Shown here: piece after piece, positions 29,125 through 39,800 of the stretch
How the letters are laid out: every line of letters begins with the position of its first letter
Position numbering within the stretch: position 1 is the first letter of the stretch
Source: Pseudomonadota bacterium
GTDB lineage: Bacteria; Desulfobacterota; Desulfobacteria; Desulfobacterales; RPRI01
Length of the DNA: 64,000 bases
Direction: 5' to 3'
NCBI GenBank assembly: GCA_043825875.1
Contig: JBDRRF010000084.1
Span: 1 to 64,000, forward strand
Notes under the pieces: generated by a model
What the model was told of the DNA's origin: nothing
What the model saw: the letters and a program-made list of their open reading frames with translations, nothing else
Databases searched by the model: none
Made by a program: the position numbers and the translations under genes

Positions 29125-30549
29125 TTATAAAACTATATCAATAGTAGGATATATTCCTTTTTGGGCTCCCATCGGGTATGGTTGAATAATATTATAAGCT
29201 ATGTTCTGACCTTTTTGGGCATGTCCTCTATATTTACTTCCATCGAAAAACGCTCCGTTAGCTTCAAGAATATGTTCTATCCGGTCACGGAAAGCTTTGA
29301 CGAACAAGGCTCCGTTTCCATTAAAATGCATGGCTCCCATTTTAATTTTTCCGTTTGTTGTCGAAAGTTTCTCAAGAGGCATTCCATGATGCTTAAGATC
29401 AGCCTTATTACTTATATAACCCCATACAATATAGTCTGAAGGAATAGTAACAGGCTCTTTAAGATCAATAATAGTATGAGGCATTACAATAGAACCTTTT
29501 CCTATATTGAGCAAGCATTCGGGTGTCCCGTGTAAAAAGGAATTAAAACCTACAAAAACTCTTTGGCCAAGATTTGCATTTATAATTTTAGCGCCATGTG
29601 CGGTTACATTAAAACCCTCAAGTGTGGAATTTATTATATAACAATTTTCCTGAGCGTTTGAACCTTTTCCAAGCAATGCATTTTCAAGATATGCTCTTTG
29701 AGCTACAAGTACATTTTCACTGATTTTGCTTTTACCCTTAAAAACGGAATATTGACTTATTGATGCTCCGGAAGGAACCTGCATTGGTGATTTGCGATGC
29801 ACTACGTTAAAAACTTCCTGGAAATCCTCTTTACGGGTTTCAACAAAATCCATGAAAATACCTTGCGGCATTTTACCTGTTTCAAATCTGATATACCGGT
29901 TTAGAACATTTTCTTTAAAGTGGTAACTGAAGTCGAATTCATCGGCCTTTTTTACTAAGATACTTCCCGGTTCAACCCATTGGTGTATCATTTCCCCGAC
30001 CTGGACATAGGCAAACCGGCCTATCACGCAATCATGAAGAGTGGTGAGATCAACCGTTGAAAAAGGGCCTAAAAAACATCCTTCAACCGGAGCGCCGTGA
30101 ATATTTGCATAAGAAGTTGAAGCTGTATTCTTTATGATAAATTCTTCCAGATCTTCAGGGTCATGAGAATAGTTATGGACAAGAGTTTTAATTAGAAAGC
30201 TGTCGCTGATGGATATTTTTTCATCATGATCAAGAGCTATATCAACACCCTCAAAATGAAAGATATCACCTTTTGCCTTTAATTCATCACCTCTTATATC
30301 GCTTTTATAAAGCACCGAGTTATCAATGGCACATTTTCCCAGAAAATAACTTCCGGCGAGATTTGAGTTGCTGAAATGAAATGAAAGAGGATGGTGGGAA
30401 GTTATGCCATAAAAAGCATAAAATTGAACCAGCTTTTTAATAGGCACTATTTCACGAATATAAGGCGTAACATCAAATGAGCCATGTTCTCTCAAATTGA
30501 TATTAACTCTGTAGCTTATCCTTTCTATCAGCTTTTCAAGTTGTTTCAT
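29125..30549 (-). CDS. Hexapeptide-repeat (left-handed beta-helix) transferase / gamma-carbonic-anhydrase-like protein
   Basis: Repeating LbH patterns (NIHGAPVEGCFLG, VTAHGAKIINANLGQRVFVGFNS, IGKGSIV) in two blocks; function not determinable. Confidence 0.65.
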   Translation of the reverse strand: MKQLEKLIERISYRVNINLREHGSFDVTPYIREIVPIKKLVQFYAFYGITSHHPLSFHFSNSNLAGSYFLGKCAIDNSVLYKSDIRGDELKAKGDIFHFEGVDIALDHDEKISISDSFLIKTLVHNYSHDPEDLEEFIIKNTASTSYANIHGAPVEGCFLGPFSTVDLTTLHDCVIGRFAYVQVGEMIHQWVEPGSILVKKADEFDFSYHFKENVLNRYIRFETGKMPQGIFMDFVETRKEDFQEVFNVVHRKSPMQVPSGASISQYSVFKGKSKISENVLVAQRAYLENALLGKGSNAQENCYIINSTLEGFNVTAHGAKIINANLGQRVFVGFNSFLHGTPECLLNIGKGSIVMPHTIIDLKEPVTIPSDYIVWGYISNKADLKHHGMPLEKLSTTNGKIKMGAMHFNGNGALFVKAFRDRIEHILEANGAFFDGSKYRGHAQKGQNIAYNIIQPYPMGAQKGIYPTIDIVL

Positions 30550-30915
30550 AAAATCTTTCCTTATTATTAATTTTTAACAATTAAATAAGTACCTGCATAA
30601 TTTTCTGTCAGCTTTGATAAATTGTGCAAACTTATTGAAAAGTTTATTAAGAGTCAACATAAAACATTGCTCTGTCATTGTAAATTTATATTGAAAAAAG
30701 CGTTTTCTATTTGACTTAGTTTTGTATTACATGTATTGAGAACCCGCCGTGTGTATACGCTGAGGTTATTAAACAGAAGTTTTTGATCGGAATTTGCTGG
30801 TTAGACTTTTTACAAAATTGCAAAGAAAGAGAGTATTAGTTTAACTTAAAACAAATTAAGGCGTTATTTAGTATTAGAATAAGGTAATGGTATTTAAAAT
30901 TAATTAACGAGGTAG

Positions 30916-33051
30916 GTGTTTAATATGTTGACCCGAATTTTCCCTTTTCTTGTGTGGTTTAAAAAATATAGTCTTGAAGCCTTTAAGATTGATGCAATCT
31001 CCGGATTGACAGTGGCTCTTGTACTTATTCCCCAGTCAATGGCATATGCGCAATTGGCCGGGTTACCCCCATATTACGGTTTGTATGCTTCATTCATTCC
31101 TCCCATGATTGCGGCACTTTTTGGTTCAAGCCGACAACTTGCAACAGGTCCTGTGGCTGTTGTGTCTCTTATGACATCAGCATCACTGGAACCGCTGGCT
31201 ACTTTAGGAAGTGAAGGTTTTATAGCATATGCAATCCTTCTGGCTCTTATGGTAGGTATTTTTCAGTTTTCGCTTGGAGTGTTTAGGCTAGGACTTGTTG
31301 TTAATTTCTTATCTCATCCGGTTGTAAACGGTTTCACAAATGCTGCCGCGATTATTATTGCTTCTTCCCAGCTTTCAAAGATGTTTGGGGTAAGTGTGGA
31401 TAATGCGGCGCATCATTATGAAACTATAGCAAAAGTTATTAAATTTGCCATGAATTATACGCACTGGCCAACTTTGATAATGGGGGCATCAGCATTTATT
31501 GTTATGATTGTTTTAAAACGTTTTGCGCCCAAAGTTCCCAATGTGCTTGTAGCTGTTGGCATTGCAACGGTGGTATCATGGATGATCGGATTTAACTGTG
31601 ACAAAACAGCCGACATTACGTCTATTCAATCGGAAGAAACGATAGAATTAGTTGCAAATTATAATTTAGCCGTAGAAAACTCAAAAATTCTTGGTGAAGA
31701 GCGGACTAAAGCATTGACAGCTCTTGATGAAATTATAGAAAAAGGAGACCCCATAGCAGTTATTGATGCTCAAAGAGACGTTAGTATAATTGCAGCCAAG
31801 ATAGATACTTTAAAAAAGGAAAGCCGTGTATATAAAGAAGATATAAGAAATCTTTTGTTTGCAGGAGTTAAACAGTCCGAAGAAAAGATGTTTTTTTATC
31901 TTAAGGAACAGGTTCCTGAAGGAGTTGAAACAGACGGACGCACCTGGCGTATCAAAGTGAAAAACAATACTCTGGATACAACCAAGCTTACAATGATAGG
32001 CGGAGGCGCTATTGTCGGAACAATACCGGAAGGGATCCCTAAATTTTCCATACCTGCGATAAATTTTAAAGTTATGATGAAACTTTTCCCATTTGCAGCA
32101 ATTATCTCACTACTTGGTTTCATGGAAGCTATATCAATTGCAAAAGCGATGGCGGCAAAAACAGGACAAAGGCTTGATCCCAATCAGGAACTGATAGGGC
32201 AAGGACTTGCAAATATTTTGGGTTCATTTACAAGCGGGTATCCCGTTTCAGGATCATTTTCAAGATCGGCGGTTAACCTTTCGTCCGGTGCAGTGACGGG
32301 TTTATCCAGTGTTTTCACCAGCCTGACAGTATTAATAACGCTTATGTTTTTTACCCCGCTTCTTTACTATCTTCCTCAGTCAGTTCTTGCTGCGGTTATA
32401 ATGATGGCGGTTATAGGCCTTATAAATGTTTCCGGTTTCATTCACAGTATGAAGGCAAAATGGTATGACGGTACAATTTCAATTATATCTTTTATCTGCA
32501 CATTGGCCTTTGCTCCACATCTTGACAAGGGTATTATGGTTGGTGTTGTTTTGTCTTTATGTGTTTTTCTGTATAATAGCATGAGGCCGAAAGTGGCTTC
32601 ATTATCACGACATGATGATGAAGCTTTACGCGATTCAACGGTTTTTGGACTTAAACAATGCCATCATATAGATATGGTTCGTTTCGATGGGCCGCTCTTT
32701 TTTGCAAACGCAAGTTACCTTGAAGACCAAATCACAGAACGTCTTATGAATAAAAAGGAGCTTAGACATATTGTGATAGTTTGTAATGGTATAAATGATA
32801 TTGACGCTTCGGGTGAAGAAACTTTATCATTGGTAGTTGACAGGACAAGAAGCGGAGGAGTCGACATTTCATTTTCTGGTGTTAATGAAACTGTGATGAA
32901 AGTGTTTAAAAGGACGCACCTGATAGAAAAGATAGGTGAAGATCACATATATCCTACTATGGAAAAGGCTGTATGCTCGGTTTATGATGAAACACATACT
33001 GATAATAAGGAAGATATGTGTCCACTGCAAACTGTTTGCCGTATTGCCTGA
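30916..33051 (+). CDS. sulP: SulP/SLC26 anion transporter with STAS domain
   Basis: DAISGLTVALVLIPQSMAYAQLAGLP, GSSRQLATGP, NQELIGQG, GSFSRSA; STAS GPLFFANA, DIDASG. Confidence 0.95.
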   Translation: MFNMLTRIFPFLVWFKKYSLEAFKIDAISGLTVALVLIPQSMAYAQLAGLPPYYGLYASFIPPMIAALFGSSRQLATGPVAVVSLMTSASLEPLATLGSEGFIAYAILLALMVGIFQFSLGVFRLGLVVNFLSHPVVNGFTNAAAIIIASSQLSKMFGVSVDNAAHHYETIAKVIKFAMNYTHWPTLIMGASAFIVMIVLKRFAPKVPNVLVAVGIATVVSWMIGFNCDKTADITSIQSEETIELVANYNLAVENSKILGEERTKALTALDEIIEKGDPIAVIDAQRDVSIIAAKIDTLKKESRVYKEDIRNLLFAGVKQSEEKMFFYLKEQVPEGVETDGRTWRIKVKNNTLDTTKLTMIGGGAIVGTIPEGIPKFSIPAINFKVMMKLFPFAAIISLLGFMEAISIAKAMAAKTGQRLDPNQELIGQGLANILGSFTSGYPVSGSFSRSAVNLSSGAVTGLSSVFTSLTVLITLMFFTPLLYYLPQSVLAAVIMMAVIGLINVSGFIHSMKAKWYDGTISIISFICTLAFAPHLDKGIMVGVVLSLCVFLYNSMRPKVASLSRHDDEALRDSTVFGLKQCHHIDMVRFDGPLFFANASYLEDQITERLMNKKELRHIVIVCNGINDIDASGEETLSLVVDRTRSGGVDISFSGVNETVMKVFKRTHLIEKIGEDHIYPTMEKAVCSVYDETHTDNKEDMCPLQTVCRIA

Positions 33052-33072
33052 TTATAAAAAAAGGAGGTACTT

Positions 33073-34302
33073 ATGTCTGTAATTACTATTTTTAGCGGCA
33101 CCTTCTGTGAAGAAGAATCTGTTGTTGAAAAAGTGCTTACATCAACAGGATTTAAGCTGATAACAGATGATGATATTGTTAATAAAGCAAACAGGCTTTC
33201 AGGTATAGCTGCGAACAAGCTAAAAAAAGCTTTTTTGGCCAAAGAGTCTGTTTTTAATAATTTTACGCATGAAAAAGAACTTTCTAACGCATGGCTTAAA
33301 CTTGCCGTTGCCGAAAGCATTTCCGAAGATAAGCTTCTTCTATCAGGCTTTGCAGGCCAGCTTGTTCCTAAAGTAATCAGTCATGTCTTAAAAGTATGTA
33401 TTATTGCCGAAATGAAGTTTAGAATATCTAATGCAATCATGGAGCAAAAGATTTCTGAAAAAGAAGCGGCAAGGCTTATTCATAAACAGGATGAAGACAG
33501 GCTTGTATGGATAAACACTCATTTTAAAAAAAATGACCCCTGGGATTCTTCATTATACGATTTAGTTGTTCCTATGGATAAGATGCTGCTGGAAAAGGCG
33601 GTTTCTCTTATAGTTGAAAATGCCGGAAAAGATGTTGTAAAACCTACAGAGCTTTCCCGAAAATCCGTTGTGGATTTTCTCCTTGCTTCTCAGGTTGAAG
33701 TAAAACTGGCAACGGAGGGACACAATGTTGATGCTGTTGCAAAAGACGGTGAGGTAACCATAATAGTAAATAAGCATGTTTTTCTCCAGAGTAAACTTGA
33801 GGAAGAGCTAAAAAGTATAGCCGACAAAGTACAAGGCGTAAAGTCTGTTGAAACTAAGTTTGGAGAAGGTTACTACCAGACGGATATTTACCGTAAGTAT
33901 GATTTTAAAATGCCGTCTAAAGTATTACTCGTTGATGATGAACGTGAATTTGTACAAACTTTGTCTGAACGTCTCATCATGCGTGATATGGGTTCAGTAG
34001 TGGCATATGACGGTGAATCTGCTCTAACTATGGTTTCGGAAGACGAGCCGGAAGTAATGATTTTGGATCTTAAGATGCCTGGAATAAACGGTATAGAAGT
34101 ACTGGAACGTGTAAAGAAGGATAATCCTGATATTGAAGTAATAATTCTTACAGGACATGGTACTGATGCAGACAGGGATATATGTATGAATCTTGGCGCA
34201 TTTGCATACCTACAGAAGCCAGTGGATATTGAGATATTGAGTGATACCTTGAAAAAAGCAAATGATAAGATCAGGCTAAAGAAAGCTTCTGAAGCGAAAT
34301 AG
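33073..34302 (+). CDS. Cytidylate-kinase-like + BON-like + receiver domain protein
   Basis: MSVITIFS...HVLKVCIIA...D-x2-R...YDLV N-domain with degenerate P-loop; C-terminal VLLVDDE, ILDLKMPG, LTGHG, KP. Confidence 0.8.
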   Translation: MSVITIFSGTFCEEESVVEKVLTSTGFKLITDDDIVNKANRLSGIAANKLKKAFLAKESVFNNFTHEKELSNAWLKLAVAESISEDKLLLSGFAGQLVPKVISHVLKVCIIAEMKFRISNAIMEQKISEKEAARLIHKQDEDRLVWINTHFKKNDPWDSSLYDLVVPMDKMLLEKAVSLIVENAGKDVVKPTELSRKSVVDFLLASQVEVKLATEGHNVDAVAKDGEVTIIVNKHVFLQSKLEEELKSIADKVQGVKSVETKFGEGYYQTDIYRKYDFKMPSKVLLVDDEREFVQTLSERLIMRDMGSVVAYDGESALTMVSEDEPEVMILDLKMPGINGIEVLERVKKDNPDIEVIILTGHGTDADRDICMNLGAFAYLQKPVDIEILSDTLKKANDKIRLKKASEAK

Positions 34303-34356
34303 CGAGCGTAGCCTCGTTGCTTTTGGCAAAAATTAGTGAGATAACCTAAACGATCG

Positions 34357-34387
34357 AAACTTTCCGCTGTTTTCAGCGGAAAGTTTT
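34357..34387 (+). terminator. Rho-independent terminator
   Basis: AAACTTTCCGCTG-TTTT-CAGCGGAAAGTTTT. Confidence 0.75.
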
Positions 34388-34455
34388 AATAAAATAATTG
34401 ATTTATGCTATTATATACAAAAAATACTGTTCAATAAATCAGATTTGGACATCTT

Positions 34456-36213
34456 ATGTCTATTCTTGAAAATTTAAAACCGAAATTCTGGAATTACAGT
34501 GATGTGGCCGCAGGCCCGCACAAGCATCTTTTCAACTTCAGGCGTATGTGGAAGATCGCGGTTTTGGTAATATCTATGGTAGCGATAATACCACTGGTTT
34601 CGATTACACTCATAGATTATAAAGTAACCCAGCATGCGGTAGAAACTGATTCTTTATTGCGTACAGCCCGTCTTGTTTCAAATACCTGGCGCACAGTTTC
34701 GTTTTTTCTTGTAGAGCGAAGAGCGGCCCTTGATTTTGTTGTACGGGATAATAGCTTTAATTCATTGTGTGATGCAAAAAGGCTTTCCGAAATCCTGAAT
34801 AATCTGAAAAAGGGATTTGGAGGTTTCATTGATATCGGTGTAATTGATTCAAACGGGATGCAAAGAGCCTATGCCGGACCCTATAAACTGCAAGGTATAA
34901 ATTACCGGGGCCAGAGCTGGTTTCAGGATGTAACCAACAAGGGAGTTAATATAAGCGATGTTTTCATGGGGTTCAGGCGTACCCCGCATATAGTTATTGC
35001 GGTCAGACACAACCTTTCCAAAGAGTCTTTTTTTATTCTTCGTGCAACAATAGATACCGACAAATTTAATGATCTTTTATCCCAGCTTGAGGTAAGCGGT
35101 CAGGGGGATTCTTTTCTTATAAATAAAGAAGGAGTTCTCCAGACACCTTCAAGAGATTATGGCAAGGTTTTGGATAAGATGCCTTTGCCAGTTCCTGAAT
35201 TTTTCCAACACACCCGTGTTTATGAACAAACTTACCAGGACAAAGCGCTTGTAATAGGATATGATTACATTGTTGACACTCCTTTTATCCTGATGATTGT
35301 AAAACAAAAAGCCGAACTGATGAAGCCGTGGCAAAAAACCCGACTGCAACTCATCGGGTTTCTTATTGCAAGCATAAGTGTTATAGTAGTTGTAATTTTA
35401 AGTGTTGCCACATACCTTGTAAACAGGATACTTCTTGCCGATCAGAAGCGTATTATGACTTTGCACGAGGTTGAATATTCGAATAAAATGGCTTCTATCG
35501 GAAGACTTGCCGCCGGAGTGGCGCATGAAATTAATAACCCTCTTGCGGTTATAAATGAAAAAGTCGGGCTTATTAAAGATATGCTCACATTAAAAGGCGA
35601 GCTTAAAGAAAATAAAAGATTAATTGAGCTTTCCAACTCGGCCCTTTATTCTGTAGACAGATGCGGGACAATTACAAAGCGCCTGTTAAATTTCGCTCGT
35701 CATCTTGACGTAAAAATACAAGAAGTAAATATTGGTGAAGTTATAAAAGATGTTCTAGGGTTTCTTGCCAAAGAAGCAGACTACAGGTCTATACAAGTTT
35801 CAATCCAGGTTTCCTCCGATATTCCTTTATTTGAAAGTGACAGAGGAAAACTTCAACAAATATTTCTAAACATTGTAAACAATGCATTTGCAGCCGTTAA
35901 AGACGGCGGTGAAATTGTTATTACCGCAAAGCGCGAAGGGACTGATTTGATTTCAGTAACTTTTACAGATAATGGCCAGGGTATTCCAAAATCGGATATA
36001 GAAAGAGTGTTTGAACCGTTTTTTTCGACCAAAACTAAACAGGGAGGAACGGGGCTTGGTCTTTCCATAACTTACGGGCTTGTACAGGAATTGGGCGGAA
36101 GTATAGGCGTTCAGAGTGAAGAGGGTAAAGGAACAAGTTTTGTTGTAACCCTTCCGCTTAAGATGGAGAAGAAGGAGGGAAAAGACAGTGAAAATCTTGC
36201 TAGTAGACGATGA
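34456..36213 (+). CDS. Sensor histidine kinase with periplasmic dCache-like domain
   Basis: Two TMs; AHEINNPL, N box, DNGQGI, PFFSTK, GTGLGL. Confidence 0.93.
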   Translation: MSILENLKPKFWNYSDVAAGPHKHLFNFRRMWKIAVLVISMVAIIPLVSITLIDYKVTQHAVETDSLLRTARLVSNTWRTVSFFLVERRAALDFVVRDNSFNSLCDAKRLSEILNNLKKGFGGFIDIGVIDSNGMQRAYAGPYKLQGINYRGQSWFQDVTNKGVNISDVFMGFRRTPHIVIAVRHNLSKESFFILRATIDTDKFNDLLSQLEVSGQGDSFLINKEGVLQTPSRDYGKVLDKMPLPVPEFFQHTRVYEQTYQDKALVIGYDYIVDTPFILMIVKQKAELMKPWQKTRLQLIGFLIASISVIVVVILSVATYLVNRILLADQKRIMTLHEVEYSNKMASIGRLAAGVAHEINNPLAVINEKVGLIKDMLTLKGELKENKRLIELSNSALYSVDRCGTITKRLLNFARHLDVKIQEVNIGEVIKDVLGFLAKEADYRSIQVSIQVSSDIPLFESDRGKLQQIFLNIVNNAFAAVKDGGEIVITAKREGTDLISVTFTDNGQGIPKSDIERVFEPFFSTKTKQGGTGLGLSITYGLVQELGGSIGVQSEEGKGTSFVVTLPLKMEKKEGKDSENLASRR

Positions 36214-36553
36214 GAAAGAGCTGGTATCAACTCTTGCTGAACGCCTCACTTTAAGGGATATTGAGGCGGATTGGGTTACCAGTGGAGATGCCGCTATAAA
36301 AAAATGTGAAACCAAAACATATGATATAGCTGTTCTTGATATCAAGATGCCTAAAATTGGTGGAATTGAACTTAAGAAAAAACTGGATTCAAAGAATCCC
36401 GGTTTGAAATATATTTTTATAACAGGCCACGGATCTGAAGATGATTATATGACAGCATGTGGCGAAACAGGGGCCGAATATTATCTTGTAAAACCAGTTA
36501 ATATTGATGATCTTATAGTAAAAATGAACGATGTTATGCTAAAAAAGGCGTAG
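36188..36553 (+). CDS. Single-domain response regulator
   Basis: LLVDDE, VLDIKMP, ITGHG, VKP. Confidence 0.92.
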   Translation: MKILLVDDEKELVSTLAERLTLRDIEADWVTSGDAAIKKCETKTYDIAVLDIKMPKIGGIELKKKLDSKNPGLKYIFITGHGSEDDYMTACGETGAEYYLVKPVNIDDLIVKMNDVMLKKA

Positions 36554-36561
36554 GTGTAATA

Positions 36562-37212
36562 TTGGTATCAAAAATGGGTATAAATGGTGAAAATGCCCTT
36601 AAATTTTTTGGGAATATGACGGCATCGATTTCTCATGAAGTAAAAAACGTGCTTGCGATTATCAATGAAAATGCCGGTCTTCTAGGGGATCTTTGTATAA
36701 TGGCTGAAAAGGGGCTTCCTATTGATCCGGGCCGCATTAAAGCCGCTGCGGAAAAAGTAATAAAGCAGGTTCAACGTGGCGATATAATTATAAATAGGCT
36801 TAACAAATTCGCCCACAGTGTTGATGAGCCGGATTGCGATTATAATGTTAACGATCTGCTTGTTTTTGTTTCGGAACTTTCCGAAAGAATTGCTTTGATG
36901 AGCGGGATTAAACTTGAAACCAATAGAACTACAGACCCTGTTATTATAAATACCAATCCCTTTTTATTTGAAACTCTTATATGGTTTTTTCTTGATTATG
37001 CCATGAATGTCGTTGTTGGAAAAGAAAAAACCATTTGTATTACAGCTGAAAAAAATTACGATAATGTTGTTATAACTTTTTCCAAATTAAAAGGACTTTC
37101 CGGAATTCAAGCAGATGAATTTCCAGGAGAGCGTGAAAAATCCCTTCTTACCGCCCTGAATGGAATAACAGCAATTGATGCTGATTCAGAAAAGATAATG
37201 ATAAAATTATAA
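36562..37212 (+). CDS. Soluble HisKA protein with degenerate ATPase domain (possible phosphotransferase or phosphatase)
   Basis: ASISHEVKNVL H-box retained; no recognisable N, G1 (DxGxG), F or G2 boxes. Confidence 0.7.
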   Translation: MVSKMGINGENALKFFGNMTASISHEVKNVLAIINENAGLLGDLCIMAEKGLPIDPGRIKAAAEKVIKQVQRGDIIINRLNKFAHSVDEPDCDYNVNDLLVFVSELSERIALMSGIKLETNRTTDPVIINTNPFLFETLIWFFLDYAMNVVVGKEKTICITAEKNYDNVVITFSKLKGLSGIQADEFPGEREKSLLTALNGITAIDADSEKIMIKL

Positions 37213-37295
37213 CCCCTTGTTTCAACCCCATGTCAGCCGTTTTCTAAATCATATTTTTTGGTCTAAATACAGATTTCTTATAAAATCATAAAAAC

Positions 37296-37328
37296 TACAG
37301 GCCTCCCGGTTAAAAAAGGAGACCTGTA
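37296..37328. terminator. Hairpin between convergent operons
   Basis: TACAGGCCTCC ... GGAGACCTGTA. Confidence 0.5.
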
Positions 37329-37373
37329 TTGATATTGAACAATTTAAAATATTAATTGGATGTGACGGGTTAG

Positions 37374-38060
37374 TTAGTGTTCAAGCCTTAAGCCCCAACC
37401 TTCAAACATAAACATGATACCAAAGCCATACCACATTGTGTAAATAACATAAAATACGAGGGAGAAAACGACCATACCAGCTTTTTCTGAAATCTTTTGC
37501 GGAACTATTTTATAGTAATTATAAGAGCATTCAACTCCCTTTTTTGTTATGGAAGAAACAAGTTTCATTTCCTTGAATTTTTTCTGTTTGCCAAGCTCTT
37601 CCTGCATCAGCTTTAAAGCTGAATGCCAGTTAAACATTATCTTTCTTTCATTATAGGCGTATTTTTCAGTAAGCATTTCTCCTTTGTTGTTAAACATATT
37701 ATCAGCATCTTCAAGACAGTTTCCCAAAATCTTATTCAAATTACCATTGATGCTTAATTGAGTTCCTGACACATTTGCTTCAGCGCCTCCTTTTATAAAA
37801 AGAAGGGCTGTTTCCTCTGCCTGCTTAGGTTCTTTCATTTCCAAAATCACGGAAATCGAATCATTATTGTATGTTTCGAGTTCACTTTTAAGTTTGGGTA
37901 TGTAGTAGGCCGAGCCTTTTGATATGGTATTATATAGTGAATCAAGGTAATTTAAAGCATTTTTACCTTCGAATATGGGGCAAAACATAATTGCCAGAAC
38001 AACAAAAAAGGCAACCAGCAACCCAACACCGCCGTAAAACTCTTTTTTATCTGCTATCAT
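37374..38060 (-). CDS. Membrane protein with periplasmic domain, partner of the upstream TSUP transporter
   Basis: TM at each end, ISKGSAYYIP, YTMWYGF; 1 nt from upstream stop. Confidence 0.75.
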   Translation of the reverse strand: MIADKKEFYGGVGLLVAFFVVLAIMFCPIFEGKNALNYLDSLYNTISKGSAYYIPKLKSELETYNNDSISVILEMKEPKQAEETALLFIKGGAEANVSGTQLSINGNLNKILGNCLEDADNMFNNKGEMLTEKYAYNERKIMFNWHSALKLMQEELGKQKKFKEMKLVSSITKKGVECSYNYYKIVPQKISEKAGMVVFSLVFYVIYTMWYGFGIMFMFEGWGLRLEH

Positions 38061-38061
38061 T

Positions 38062-39351
38062 TTATAAAGCCTCCTCTCCTTTGAGCTTTTTAATATTTTT
38101 GAAGAAGGTGCTTATAACCCATACAGCAAAAAAGCCGATTACAATGAAAAATAAAACATTTCCGATCATATCGAGTATTTTGCAGGTATCTTTTGACAGG
38201 GTAATAAGCTTTATATCCGCAAGTTTACCGGGAAGAGCAAAAAAACGGTTGCTAAACCCAGCCAGCACAGCCATTGCATAAAAACCTCTTATTGTTATAC
38301 CTTTTACAACTTTGGTTGCCATGGCTCCAACCTGTATTCCTAAAAGAGAGCCGAGCAGCATTCCCATTGCAAGAGTGTAGAAAATAAACCCGTAAATTGC
38401 ATACTGGCTTATTGCGGCATATCCTGCTGTAAAAATAATCTGGAAGACATCAGTTCCAACTGTTGTAAGAGAAGATACCCCAAGAACATATACGAAGACC
38501 GGAAAAGTTAAAAAACCGCCACCAACACCCATGATAGCTGCACAAAAACCTACAAGAGCTCCGCTTAATACAAGAAAAAGAGCTGATATTTTGCGCCCTC
38601 CGGGGACAAGACCTTCATCGAAAGTAATCATCGGAGGAATATTATATGACTGAATTTTCTGTGGAAGATTTCCAAGCTCCATTCCTTCGGAATCTCCTCC
38701 ACCATGGGCATCTCCTCCGGCACTTGGCGATTTTCTTGCCTGGAGAAAATCATAAAGAGAATATACCCCAAGTATACCGAGCATAAGAACATATATTATT
38801 GTGATAAAAGCGTCACTCAATATAGGATTTATATCATATATGACACGGTTTATCACACCTCCTGTTGTTGCCCCGGCAACGGCGCCTATTATAAATATCA
38901 GACCCAGAGCCACTGAAATATTGCCAAGTTTTCTGTGAATAACCGATCCCATAATTGCTTTGGCAAAGATATGAAAAAGGTCGGTTCCTACAGCAAGAAT
39001 ACCTTTTATTCCGGCGCTCATAAGTGCCGGCGCAATTATAAAGCCTCCACCTGCTCCAATACATCCTGTAATCAGGCCGGCACATATGCCTATAAGTATT
39101 GATGCGATAAAGATAGTTGGCGTGAAAAAAGCCGGGCTATAGGCGGTTTTCCCTCCCAAAAATTCCGGAAGAGCTTCTCCCAACGGTTCTGCAAATGCAA
39201 AACCGCCAAGAATAATTGGTATAATTAACAAACCCAGTATCACAAGTCTTTTTTTATCTCTTAGAATTACATTTGAGATATCAAGTTCCCATTTTGCGTG
39301 GGCTCGTGCGCCCATCATCATAAATTTTCCCCATTGCTTGAAAAAATTCAT
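38062..39351 (-). CDS. TSUP (TauE/SafE) family transporter A
   Basis: GCIGAGGGF...P, AVGTDL, GVGGGF..P, TVGTD duplicated motifs. Confidence 0.9.
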   Translation of the reverse strand: MNFFKQWGKFMMMGARAHAKWELDISNVILRDKKRLVILGLLIIPIILGGFAFAEPLGEALPEFLGGKTAYSPAFFTPTIFIASILIGICAGLITGCIGAGGGFIIAPALMSAGIKGILAVGTDLFHIFAKAIMGSVIHRKLGNISVALGLIFIIGAVAGATTGGVINRVIYDINPILSDAFITIIYVLMLGILGVYSLYDFLQARKSPSAGGDAHGGGDSEGMELGNLPQKIQSYNIPPMITFDEGLVPGGRKISALFLVLSGALVGFCAAIMGVGGGFLTFPVFVYVLGVSSLTTVGTDVFQIIFTAGYAAISQYAIYGFIFYTLAMGMLLGSLLGIQVGAMATKVVKGITIRGFYAMAVLAGFSNRFFALPGKLADIKLITLSKDTCKILDMIGNVLFFIVIGFFAVWVISTFFKNIKKLKGEEAL

Positions 39352-39514
39352 ATTCTTTATGCTCCTTTTTACTTATTATTGAATAAATCCACTAAAATTA
39401 TATAACTTTGCGTAGAAGTTGCTTTATAAAGAATTATTCAGTCTAAATATCTAATTAAGCTTAAGCTGCCCGTATTTTCTAAAAAAAAATTGTACTTAAC
39501 AATCAAAAATGAAA

Positions 39515-39530
39515 AGCAAAATGCATACCA
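39515..39530 (-). promoter_or_regulatory. Sigma-54 promoter of TSUP A operon
   Basis: Minus strand TGGTATGCATTTTGCT, exact GG-N10-GC spacing. Confidence 0.75.
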
Positions 39531-39774
39531 TAAAACTTATATGTTTATATGTTAATAAAGCCATTATGCAAATAATTACAGTACTATACAATAAAGAAAG
39601 CAAAAACGATGGAAATATATAAAAACAGGCAGTCAAACCGAGTCAATGGTTTATATATTTAAATATATAGATTAATATACATATAAATCATGAATAAAAT
39701 AACAATAAAATTATGTTTCATGTATCCGAAATGTAATCGGCAGTGCATTTGTGGATCAGTTAAGATAAAAAACA

Positions 39775-39800
39775 TGTCAGGATTTTTTACAATCTGTAAA
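39775..39800 (-). promoter_or_regulatory. Upstream activator sequence (bEBP site) 1
   Basis: Minus strand TTTACAGAT-TGTAAAAAATCCTGACA; TGT-N11-ACA; matches 45893-45918 at 22 of 26 positions. Confidence 0.7.
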
